Position numbers and translations under genes: made by a program. Of a stretch of DNA of 64,000 nt, positions 10,198 to 18,325 are shown piece by piece; position 1 is the stretch's first letter, and every line of letters starts with the position of its first letter. Location of the stretch: contig CAZYPW010000003.1 in assembly GCA_964649615.1 (NCBI GenBank), forward strand, positions 30,132 to 94,131, written 5' to 3'. The notes beneath the pieces were generated by a model. That model searched no databases, was not told the DNA's origin, and saw only the letters and a list, made by a program, of their open reading frames with translations. The stretch comes from an uncultured Gammaproteobacteria bacterium. Lineage in GTDB: Bacteria > Patescibacteriota > Microgenomatia > Daviesbacterales > UBA10151.

Positions 10198-10622
10198 GAT
10201 GGAATTATATCAGCCTACTCAGCGATCCGCCAGTTGGCGGAGAGCGTGACAATCTACCCAGTGGACAAAATTTTTCGATCGAAACAAAATGTCCAAAAAT
10301 ACCTTTTATGATTGTTACGTAATGCATTACGTAATTAAATACGTACTTCATTATATTCTCGACCGAGAACATAATGAATATCCCGAGGTGTAGCTACAGT
10401 TTCACCTCGGAGGTGGGACACTAATTTAATTTATTTACTAAAATAACTGTTTAAGGCTTTTATTGCTTCTTCCATGTTTTCTTTTTTAATAATAAATGAA
10501 GTTTCGCTGAAGGTTGATACAATTTCTATAATTTGAATCCTTTTAGTAGCCATTGAGGAAAGTAACACAAAAGATATAAACTCCTAGATTTATTGACTCT
10601 GATTAGGTAGAATTTATTCATA

Positions 10623-11156
10623 GTGAATAAAAATTTAATACATTTTATTGTAACAGGTGGGACTATTGATTCTGTGTGGAATGGGGCGCAGGATACTGTG
10701 GTGGTTTCTGAACATTCTGTTTTACCTGAATATTTTGGGGAATTAGGCAGTAATTTAAAGTTTTATGAAGAGCTAAAGTTTACTGAAATTTGTATGAAGG
10801 ATAGCAGGGCTATTAGCGATGAAGACAGGCAAAATGTTTTAAAAGCAATTGAGCAATCAGAAGCTACAAAAATAATTATCACCCATGGAACATACACAAT
10901 GCCAGATACAGCCAAATATTTAAAAGAAAATTTAAAAAGAAAAGATCAAACAATTGTATTGACTGGTTCTATGGTACCTATCAAAGGATTTGATTTTTCT
11001 GATGGACCTTTTAATTTAGGGTATGCTGTGGCACAAGTCCAAAAATTACAAAGCGGAGTTTATGTTTGTATGAATGCCAGAGTGTTTACTCCTGATGAAG
11101 TTGCCAAAAATATAGATGAAGGCAAGTTTTATTCTGTTTTCAGAGAAGAACAATAA
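10623..11156 (+). CDS. Short L-asparaginase-like protein (asparaginase N-terminal domain family)
   Basis: N-terminal HFIVTGGTIDS matches the asparaginase TGGTI threonine motif. 177 aa single-domain form. Confidence 0.5.
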   Translation: MNKNLIHFIVTGGTIDSVWNGAQDTVVVSEHSVLPEYFGELGSNLKFYEELKFTEICMKDSRAISDEDRQNVLKAIEQSEATKIIITHGTYTMPDTAKYLKENLKRKDQTIVLTGSMVPIKGFDFSDGPFNLGYAVAQVQKLQSGVYVCMNARVFTPDEVAKNIDEGKFYSVFREEQ

Positions 11157-11161
11157 TCCCC

Positions 11162-11464
11162 ATGATTTTGTATATTGATACCAAAGATCAAAAGCAAGTG
11201 AAAGTTTCTTTGAAAAAAGATGGGAAAATTGTGGAAACTTTGAATGAGCAAAATGAGTATGGATCACAGGTCTTATTGCCTCTTATTTCAAAATTAGTCG
11301 ATCGTCAAAAAGTGAAATTTGGAGATTTGGAAGGAATTGAAGTAGAAACAGGTCCTGGGTCTTTTACAGGACTTAGAGTTGGGGTTTCTGTGGCTAATGC
11401 TTTAGGATTTTCCTTAGGAATTCCTGTTAATGGTAAAAAAATTGAAAGCAAATTGGTATACTAA
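11162..11464 (+). CDS. tsaB: Minimal TsaB-like t6A biosynthesis protein (YeaZ/Kae1 family N-terminal domain only)
   Basis: GPGSFTGLRVGVSVANALGFSLGIPV motif typical of TsaB/TsaD family. Only 100 aa. Confidence 0.55.
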   Translation: MILYIDTKDQKQVKVSLKKDGKIVETLNEQNEYGSQVLLPLISKLVDRQKVKFGDLEGIEVETGPGSFTGLRVGVSVANALGFSLGIPVNGKKIESKLVY

Positions 11465-11469
11465 TATTT

Positions 11470-12345
11470 GTGAAACTTTGGGATTGGTTCCTACCACATA
11501 AAGATACACACAAAAAAGCTCATTTAATTTCCTGGGAAGGATTAGTAATTTATATCCTGATTTTTATGTTTTTGCAGGTTAGTTTTTCTTTAGTTAATTT
11601 TTCAAACAAAGGAGTTTTAGGGATTTCTTCCAATGTAGATGCCAAGAGATTAATAGAACTGACAAATGGGGAGAGGCAAAAGAAAGGTTTAAATTCACTG
11701 ATTGAGAATGAAGCTTTAAGCAAGGCTGCCCATTTAAAAGCTCAAAATATGTTTACTGAAGGGTATTGGGCTCATTTTGCTCCCTCTGGGAAATCCCCTT
11801 GGGATTTTATTTTAGGTTCAGGTTATAGATTTACCTATGCTGGAGAAAATTTAGCTAAAAACTTTTATGAATCCAATGATGTGGTAGTAGCTTGGATGGA
11901 TTCACCAACCCATAGGGATAATCTACTGAGTCCTAAATACCATGATATAGGAATAGCTGTGGTGGAAGGAGTTTTAAATGGGCAACAAACCACCCTGGTA
12001 GTACAAGAATTTGGCAGCACCCAAACTTTTAGCAGTTCTCCCATTGTTTCTGTGGGCAATCAGACATTAACTATCCCCAAAGAGGAATATGAGAAAAAAC
12101 CTGAACTTCTAGCTGCTATAACTGCACAATCAGTTAATCAAAACTACACCCTAGATCCATTTTTAATTAGCAAAACAGCTTCTTTGTCTATAATTTCATT
12201 GATGGCTATTTTACTAATTTGTGACTTTGTTATTCTTAAAAGAAGAGGGGTTTTCAGATTAGGTTCACATCATATTGCCCATATGTCACTTTTAACAGCA
12301 GCAGCAGCAGGAATTTTAAGTTTGAGTCCTGGATCAATACTGTAA
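11470..12345 (+). CDS. Membrane-anchored CAP/SCP/PR-1 domain protein
   Basis: N-terminal TM. CAP-domain motifs GYWAHFAP...YAGENLAKN...HRDNLLSPKYHDIGIAVVEG. C-terminal hydrophobic tail. Confidence 0.65.
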   Translation: MKLWDWFLPHKDTHKKAHLISWEGLVIYILIFMFLQVSFSLVNFSNKGVLGISSNVDAKRLIELTNGERQKKGLNSLIENEALSKAAHLKAQNMFTEGYWAHFAPSGKSPWDFILGSGYRFTYAGENLAKNFYESNDVVVAWMDSPTHRDNLLSPKYHDIGIAVVEGVLNGQQTTLVVQEFGSTQTFSSSPIVSVGNQTLTIPKEEYEKKPELLAAITAQSVNQNYTLDPFLISKTASLSIISLMAILLICDFVILKRRGVFRLGSHHIAHMSLLTAAAAGILSLSPGSIL

Positions 12346-12349
12346 ATTT

Positions 12350-12514
12350 ATGAATGTAGTAACTTATATAATGGTTTTTGCTTGCCTTTTATATCTGATA
12401 TGGGCTTTAATTTATCATAAAAAAGATAAAAGTTTGACTTATGTTACAATTTTGGAGTATGTTTTAACTGCTGTTTTAGTGCTAATGTTACTAACAGGAG
12501 TAATCCAACAATGA
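12350..12514 (+). CDS. Possible small (~54 aa) two-TM membrane protein, stop overlapping rmlA start (ATGA)
   Basis: Manual translation gives MNVVTYIMVFACLLYLIWALIYHKKDKSLTYVTILEYVLTAVLVLMLLTGVIQQ. Below the ORF-track size cutoff. Fills the otherwise empty 165-bp gap. Confidence 0.25.
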   Translation: MNVVTYIMVFACLLYLIWALIYHKKDKSLTYVTILEYVLTAVLVLMLLTGVIQQ

Positions 12515-13230
12515 AAGGCGTTATACTAGCAGGAGGTTTGGGCACCCGCCTTTATCCTCTAACCCAAGTCACAAATAAACATTTATTGCCGGTTTATAAC
12601 AAACCGATGATTTTTTATCCCATTGAAACATTAGTTAAAGCAGGAATAGAAGATATTTTAGTGGTGACTGGTGGCCCCCACTGCGGGCACTTTATGTCTA
12701 TTTTAAAAAATGGCCACGAGTTGGGGATTAAACATCTAGAGTATGCCTATCAGGAAGATGAAGGGGGAATAGCCCAAGCCTTATCTTTAGCAGAAGATTT
12801 TGCAGATGGTGACAGCGTGACAGTAATTTTGGGTGATAATACCTCTGATGCAGATATATCTGAGGCTGTCAGTAATTTTAAGGAAGGGGCTTTAATATTT
12901 TTAAAAGAAGTGGTGGATCCAGAGCGTTTTGGAATTGCCACTTTTGATCCAGAAGATAGCTCAAAGATAGTCAAGATTACGGAAAAACCAAAAAACCCTG
13001 ATTCTAAAATGGCTGTGACTGGTGTTTATATTTATGATAAGGGGGTATTTGATTTTATTAAACAAATTAAACCTTCAGATAGGGGGGAATTGGAGATTAC
13101 TGATGTTAATAATAAATATATAGATAAAGGACAGCTGAGATGGAGTGAACTGGAAGGTTACTGGTGGGATGCTGGAACTTTTGATACTTTACTTGAGGCT
13201 AATAACTATTGGGCAAAAAGGGGCAAGTAA
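12511..13230 (+). CDS. rmlA: Glucose-1-phosphate thymidylyltransferase-like sugar nucleotidyltransferase (short form)
   Basis: MKGVILAGGLGTRLYPLTQVTNKHLLPVYNKPMIFYPIE is the canonical RmlA N-terminus. 239 aa. Confidence 0.75.
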   Translation: MKGVILAGGLGTRLYPLTQVTNKHLLPVYNKPMIFYPIETLVKAGIEDILVVTGGPHCGHFMSILKNGHELGIKHLEYAYQEDEGGIAQALSLAEDFADGDSVTVILGDNTSDADISEAVSNFKEGALIFLKEVVDPERFGIATFDPEDSSKIVKITEKPKNPDSKMAVTGVYIYDKGVFDFIKQIKPSDRGELEITDVNNKYIDKGQLRWSELEGYWWDAGTFDTLLEANNYWAKRGK

Positions 13231-14249
13231 TGAAGCTTTTAGTAACTGGCGGAGCTGGATTTATTGGTTCTAATTTTATTCATTACTGGTTAAATTCACA
13301 CTCCCAAGATCAAGTTATCAATTTAGATGTTTTAACTTATGCAGGACACCTAGAATCTCTTAAAGATATTGAAGAATCCGCCAGCTGGCGGACTAATTAC
13401 AAATTTGTCCAAGGTGATATTACTGATCCAGAGGTTGTTAAAGAAGCTATGATTGGTGTGGATATTGTGGTCCATTTTGCTGCTGAATCCCATGTTGACA
13501 GGTCAGTGATAGATCCTTTGCTTTTTGTTAAAACCAATGTTTTAGGGACAGCAATTTTATTAAATGCTGCATTAGATGCAAAAATTAAGAGATTTCACCA
13601 TATCTCAACAGATGAGGTTTTTGGGCAACTAGGCCCCAATGATCCTCCTTTTGATGAAAAAACTAAATATGATCCCCGTACTCCCTACTCAGCCTCCAAA
13701 GCAGGATCTGACCATTTAGTGAGAGCATATTTTGAGACATATGGCTTACCAGTGACCATTTCTAACTGTTCTAACAACTTCGGGCCATATCATGACCCGG
13801 AAAAATTAATCCCCAGATTTATCACCAATCTTTTAGAAGGGCAAAAAGTCCCTTTGATGGGAAAAGGAGAAAATATCAGGGACTGGGTTTATGTGGAAGA
13901 CCATAATAGGGCAGTGGATATTATTTTAGAAAAAGGGAAAGTGGGGGAAACCTATTGCATAGGAGGAGAGGAAAAAAGCAATTTTGAAGTAACCAAAAAG
14001 TTGCTGGAATTTTTAGGTAAAAATGAAAGTATGATTGAGTTTGTAGAACATAGATTAGGCCATGATTTTAGATATGCCATTGATGATGCAAAAATAAGAG
14101 CTTTAGGGTGGAGTCCTCAGGCGCCATTTGAGGAAAGGCTCAAAGAAACTGTGGAGTGGTTTAAAGAAAATGAGTGGTGGTGGAAACCCTTGAAAAATAA
14201 TAGGCCAAATGTAGATAGGGTGGCTCAGAAGGGATATCAAAATGGATAA
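13230..14249 (+). CDS. rmlB: dTDP-glucose 4,6-dehydratase
   Basis: MKLLVTGGAGFIGSNFIHYWL, YSASKAGSDHL, extended SDR. Start chosen at ATG 13230 (TAATG overlap with rmlA stop) rather than the upstream in-frame 13209. Confidence 0.88.
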   Translation: MKLLVTGGAGFIGSNFIHYWLNSHSQDQVINLDVLTYAGHLESLKDIEESASWRTNYKFVQGDITDPEVVKEAMIGVDIVVHFAAESHVDRSVIDPLLFVKTNVLGTAILLNAALDAKIKRFHHISTDEVFGQLGPNDPPFDEKTKYDPRTPYSASKAGSDHLVRAYFETYGLPVTISNCSNNFGPYHDPEKLIPRFITNLLEGQKVPLMGKGENIRDWVYVEDHNRAVDIILEKGKVGETYCIGGEEKSNFEVTKKLLEFLGKNESMIEFVEHRLGHDFRYAIDDAKIRALGWSPQAPFEERLKETVEWFKENEWWWKPLKNNRPNVDRVAQKGYQNG

Positions 14250-14808
14250 ATTTATCAAAAAAACTTTCATTGAAGGACTGTTAATTTTAGAAAGGCCTAT
14301 TTTTGAAGATGAGAGAGGTTTTTTTAGAGAAATATTCCACAAAGATGAGTTAGAAAAGATGAGTGGCATAAAATTTGATGGGGTCCAGATGAACCATTCC
14401 CATTCTAAGAAAAATGTTTTAAGGGGGATTCACGCTGAAAAATGGAATAAAATTGTCTACCCTTTGAATGGACAGGTATTTGTGGCAATTGTAGATATCA
14501 GAGAAGATTCCCCAACTTTTGCTAAAGTGGAGACTTTTGTGATTAATGACCAAAATAGAATTGGTTTATTTATTCCTGAGGGTTTAGCAAACTCTTTATG
14601 TGTGACATCAGAGGAAGCTGTAGATTATATTTATCTGGTGGATAAATATTATGATGGTTCTGATACCAGGGCTATTGCCTGGGATGATAAAGATTTAAAT
14701 ATATCCTGGCCTATTCCAGATCCTATAATTTCTGATAGGGATAAGAATAATCCGAAGTTAAGAGAGTTGTTTCCAGAAAAATTTGACAGTAAAAATACAA
14801 TTTCTTAA
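14242..14808 (+). CDS. rmlC: dTDP-4-dehydrorhamnose 3,5-epimerase
   Basis: 188 aa cupin. GFFREIF...GIHAEKW...VDIREDSPTF typical of RmlC. Confidence 0.85.
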   Translation: MDKFIKKTFIEGLLILERPIFEDERGFFREIFHKDELEKMSGIKFDGVQMNHSHSKKNVLRGIHAEKWNKIVYPLNGQVFVAIVDIREDSPTFAKVETFVINDQNRIGLFIPEGLANSLCVTSEEAVDYIYLVDKYYDGSDTRAIAWDDKDLNISWPIPDPIISDRDKNNPKLRELFPEKFDSKNTIS

Positions 14809-14860
14809 ATTTTTACTGTCATCCTGAGCGATTAGCGAAGAATCTATTCAGATAGTGGGA

Positions 14861-14890
14861 TTGACTAAGGGGTTACTTATTAGTTATAGT
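14861..14890 (+). promoter_or_regulatory. Putative sigma70-type promoter for gmd (TTGACT-18 bp-TATAGT)
   Basis: TTGACT at 14861-14866, 18-bp spacer, TATAGT at 14885-14890, 11 nt upstream of the gmd ATG. Confidence 0.35.
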
Positions 14891-14901
14891 AGATCAAAGT
14901 T

Positions 14902-15915
14902 ATGGCAAAAAAAAGAGCATTTATCACAGGAATCACTGGCCAAGATGGTTCATATTTAGCTGAATTTTTACTTGACAGGGGTTATGAAGTAGCAGGTTTG
15001 GTTAGAAGAAATGCTGTACAGGATTTAGGCAATGTTAATGAAATAAGGGATGAGTTAAAAATATATTATGGTGACCTTCAGTCCCCTGAGTCTTTGGCTT
15101 TGGCCCTTTATGATTTTAAGCCAGATGAAATTTATAACTTGGCTGCGATGTCATCCCCTTTAGGCTCTTTCTCTGACAAAATAGGGTCAATTATGACCAC
15201 TGGAATTGGGGCTGTGAATGTATTTGAGAGGGCAAAACAAATAGTACCTGAGGCCAAAGTTTACCAGGCCTCCACTTCTGAGATGTATGGTGCCCCAACC
15301 CAAGTACCCCAAGATGAAAATACCCCTTTTGCACCCCACAACCCTTACGCAGCTGCTAAAGAATATGCCCATAGAATGGCAATAATTGGAAGATCTGATA
15401 AAAACAATCCTCAGTTTATTGCTTGTGGAATATTGTTTAATCATGAAAGTCCAAGAAGAGGTTTGAATTTTGTGACCAGAAAAATTACCTCAGCTGTAGC
15501 CTGTATAAAAAATAAAAGAAGAGAAAATATTCCCTTAAATGAAAGAGGTGAAAGTGTGGTTCAAAATGGTAAGTTAGTATTGGGAGATTTAGATGCCAAA
15601 AGGGATTGGGGATTTGCCCCAGATTATATTCAGGCTATGTGGTTGATGTTGCAACAAGAAAAGGCGGATGATTTTGTAATTGCCACAGGTGAGACCCATA
15701 CAGTCAGAGATTTTGCAGAGGAAGCTTTTTCAGTAGTTGGGTTAAACTGGAAAGATTATGTCACCACAGATGCAAAATTTGTTCCACCAGTTCAAACTGG
15801 CCCTCTTTGCGGGAATCCGGCAAAAGCTAAAAAAGTTTTAGATTGGGAAGCAAAAACCAAATTTAAAGATTTAGTCAGAATAATGGTGCATGCAGACCTA
15901 GCCAAATTTTCCTAA
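14902..15915 (+). CDS. gmd: GDP-mannose 4,6-dehydratase
   Basis: MAKKRAFITGITGQDGSYLAEFLLDRGYEV is the canonical Gmd N-terminus. 337 aa. Confidence 0.85.
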   Translation: MAKKRAFITGITGQDGSYLAEFLLDRGYEVAGLVRRNAVQDLGNVNEIRDELKIYYGDLQSPESLALALYDFKPDEIYNLAAMSSPLGSFSDKIGSIMTTGIGAVNVFERAKQIVPEAKVYQASTSEMYGAPTQVPQDENTPFAPHNPYAAAKEYAHRMAIIGRSDKNNPQFIACGILFNHESPRRGLNFVTRKITSAVACIKNKRRENIPLNERGESVVQNGKLVLGDLDAKRDWGFAPDYIQAMWLMLQQEKADDFVIATGETHTVRDFAEEAFSVVGLNWKDYVTTDAKFVPPVQTGPLCGNPAKAKKVLDWEAKTKFKDLVRIMVHADLAKFS

Positions 15916-15952
15916 TTGTAAAAATTCCTCCATTTCCCTACAATCGATCCAT

Positions 15953-17137
15953 ATGAAAAAAGTTTCCATTGTTTTACCTACTTATAATGAGAAGGCTAAT
16001 TTAGAGAAAACTGTTGAAAAAGTCTTAGAGCAGGGGAAAGATTTGCCTGGTTGGGAAATGCATCTTATTATTGCTGATGATATTAGGTCCTATGATGGGA
16101 CAGAAAAGATAGCCAAAAAATTAGCCAAAAGAAGCAGCAAAATTCATTTTATTAAAGTAGATCCAGGTTTAGGGGTAGGGTTGATCATGGGGCATAAATA
16201 TGCTTTAGATAAAATCAGCCCTGACGTCTTGGCCCAACTGGATGCAGATGGTCAAGTGGTGCCTGATGTTTTAGTTAGACTGGTTAAGGCAATTGAACAA
16301 GGGTATAACTTTGCCATTGGTTCAAGATTTGTGGAAGGTGGGAAAAATCAGCTTTCTTTTAGCCGCAGGCTATTTACCCAAGGAGCCTCTTTTTTTTGCA
16401 GGATTTTAATGGGTCCCTCAGATATTAAAGAATTTACTAATTCAGCCAGAGCCCTAACCCCCCAGCTTTTTAATAAATTAAATTTACAAAGGCTTCCCTG
16501 GAGAGAAGCAAGTTTTATAGTCCAGCCAGCTTTCCTGCATGAAGCAATTTTAGCAGGGGCAAAATACAAAGAAGTGCCTTTAGTTTTTAAAAATAGGTTA
16601 GAAGGCTATTCAAAAAATAAAGTTTTTAATTATACCTATGACATTATCACTTATTGCCTAGACACTAGATTAAATAAGATGGGAATTAAAATTCCTTTTT
16701 TCTATCTTACTAGGAGAGCAAAAACTTTTGTTAAGTTTGGTTTGGTAGGGGCAACTGGAACAATAGTTGATTTTATCTTTTATAAAGTTTTTATTAACCA
16801 GTTAGGACTGCCCCCAGCCACTTCAAAAGGAATGTCAGCTGAAATTGCTATTTTTAATAATTTTTTGCTTAATAATTTTTGGACATTCAGGTATAGAAAG
16901 ACCAAAACAAACATTTATCAGAAATTTGGAATTTTTAATCTGGTGTCCTTAGGAGGATTAATCCTGGCTGTTTTTATTGTGAAGATTTTACATAACAGCT
17001 ATGGAGATGGGTTTATCAATGTTTTTGGAAGGCCTGTAGCCTTCAATAATTTTTACTTTTTTGCTACAATTCCGCCAGTAATGATGTGGAATTTTACAGT
17101 CAACCATTTAGTAACTTGGAAGCACAGAGAAGATTAA
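15953..17137 (+). CDS. GT2 polyprenyl-phosphate sugar synthase (DPM1/GtrB-like) fused to C-terminal GtrA-like 4-TM domain
   Basis: N-terminal SIVLPTYNEKANLEKTV GT2 fold with DAD (LDADGQ). C-terminal FVKFGLVGATGTIVDFIFYKVF...NNFWTFRY GtrA signature. Confidence 0.7.
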   Translation: MKKVSIVLPTYNEKANLEKTVEKVLEQGKDLPGWEMHLIIADDIRSYDGTEKIAKKLAKRSSKIHFIKVDPGLGVGLIMGHKYALDKISPDVLAQLDADGQVVPDVLVRLVKAIEQGYNFAIGSRFVEGGKNQLSFSRRLFTQGASFFCRILMGPSDIKEFTNSARALTPQLFNKLNLQRLPWREASFIVQPAFLHEAILAGAKYKEVPLVFKNRLEGYSKNKVFNYTYDIITYCLDTRLNKMGIKIPFFYLTRRAKTFVKFGLVGATGTIVDFIFYKVFINQLGLPPATSKGMSAEIAIFNNFLLNNFWTFRYRKTKTNIYQKFGIFNLVSLGGLILAVFIVKILHNSYGDGFINVFGRPVAFNNFYFFATIPPVMMWNFTVNHLVTWKHRED

Positions 17138-18279
17138 TTAAATAAATAGGGATTGGGGATAGGAGCTACATTTTCAATAATAAAGTTTTGGGCATATAAA
17201 TAGCTGGCTATAGCAATGATCGGCAGGATTATTTTAAACTCTTTGGAAGTTAAAACTCGCTCATATGCAATTAATACAAAAGGGGTTATGGGTAAAATAT
17301 ACCTTGAGATATCCCTGTGGGCCACAAAAATGGAAGCTGTAAGATAGGTTAAGACAAAAAAAGATAATGGGTATAATTTCTTTTTCCATAAAGTAACTGC
17401 TGCTAAAAATCCTAATATAAAGGTTAAAATTATATCCTCCAGCCAAATATCTCCTACCCAGTACTGGTATTTATTAAAAACCTGAAAAGGGGGAAAGGTT
17501 AGATGAATATTATCCCCAGAGTGAAAATAAGCCCAAAAATCCTGATAGGTAAAAGAGTAAAGAAAGAATATCAAAGATAGGGCAGCAGGTATAAAGAGTA
17601 AGGGTAAACTTGTAGTGATTGTTCGAATAATCGAAAACTTATGTTTCCACAGCAGGAAAAGTGACATAGCAATAAAAAGTAGAGCAGCTGGGGGCCTGGT
17701 GATTTGTGAGAGAAAGCCAAATATGCCAAAGGCAAAAATATAAAAGAATTTTTGGGCCTGTTCAAATTTCATCATAAAATAAATGGCAGCAGTGGTGAAG
17801 AAAATAAACATTGGTTCAGAGGATCCTACACTGTGAACTATTAACCATCTGGCAGGCAGAATTAGAAATAATAAACTTAAGAATAAAGGTTGAGATGAAA
17901 GTTTAAAATCTTTTATTAAAAAATAAAAGGCAACAATAGATAATATGGTAAATAGGACAGATGCAAAAAGCATAGATTTTAAGTAGCCTAAAATGGGAGC
18001 AAAAGTGGCAATGGCTATTGAATATCCTGGAAAGTGAGAGGCAAAATATTGCGCAGGCAAATCTTGAGGCAGAGCAGCTATAGCTTGGATATTATAAAAA
18101 GTTTTGGCAATAATTATATATTCAAGCCCATCAAAATTTCTATAAATAGTATTAAATCCATTTGAAAAATTTAATCCCCAAAAGGAAGGAAGAGCTAAAA
18201 TATGCGGCAACCAAATTAGAAATGTCAGGAAAATAGCCAGGCCGGCAATTATGGTAATATCTTTTAAAGTTTTACCCAT
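17134..18279 (-). CDS. Polytopic integral membrane protein (possible GT-C-like or polymerase-like)
   Basis: 381 aa, about 10 hydrophobic segments. No recognisable motif. Confidence 0.35.
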   Translation of the reverse strand: MGKTLKDITIIAGLAIFLTFLIWLPHILALPSFWGLNFSNGFNTIYRNFDGLEYIIIAKTFYNIQAIAALPQDLPAQYFASHFPGYSIAIATFAPILGYLKSMLFASVLFTILSIVAFYFLIKDFKLSSQPLFLSLLFLILPARWLIVHSVGSSEPMFIFFTTAAIYFMMKFEQAQKFFYIFAFGIFGFLSQITRPPAALLFIAMSLFLLWKHKFSIIRTITTSLPLLFIPAALSLIFFLYSFTYQDFWAYFHSGDNIHLTFPPFQVFNKYQYWVGDIWLEDIILTFILGFLAAVTLWKKKLYPLSFFVLTYLTASIFVAHRDISRYILPITPFVLIAYERVLTSKEFKIILPIIAIASYLYAQNFIIENVAPIPNPYLFN

Positions 18280-18325
18280 CTAATTATTATAGCAGGATAT
18301 TAAGTTATGTTAAGATAGAATACGC

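Noticed and set aside
10198-10622. tRNA / tmRNA / RNase P RNA / SRP RNA in the long spacer
   Set aside because: An AGTTGG D-loop-like string exists (10232-10237), but it lies inside a fully self-complementary 6-2-6 stem and there is no GGTTCGAAT-type T-loop. No GGAAAGTCCGG (RNase P P4), tmRNA acceptor/T-arm, or SRP domain IV motifs were found by eye. A covariance-model scan is still needed to be sure.
13209-13229. Longer rmlB start at 13209 (MGKKGQVMKLL...)
   Set aside because: The conserved Rossmann N-terminus begins at MKLLVTGGAGFIG (ATG 13230), which overlaps the rmlA stop as TAATG. The upstream extension would overlap rmlA by 22 bp and adds non-conserved residues.
1741-16390. Poly-A and poly-T tracts (A8 at ~1741, T8 at ~16383 and many others) as phase-variation sites
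   Set aside because: A/T homopolymers of 7-9 nt are expected at high frequency in a ~33% GC genome and occur throughout. Only the G/C tracts stand out against composition.
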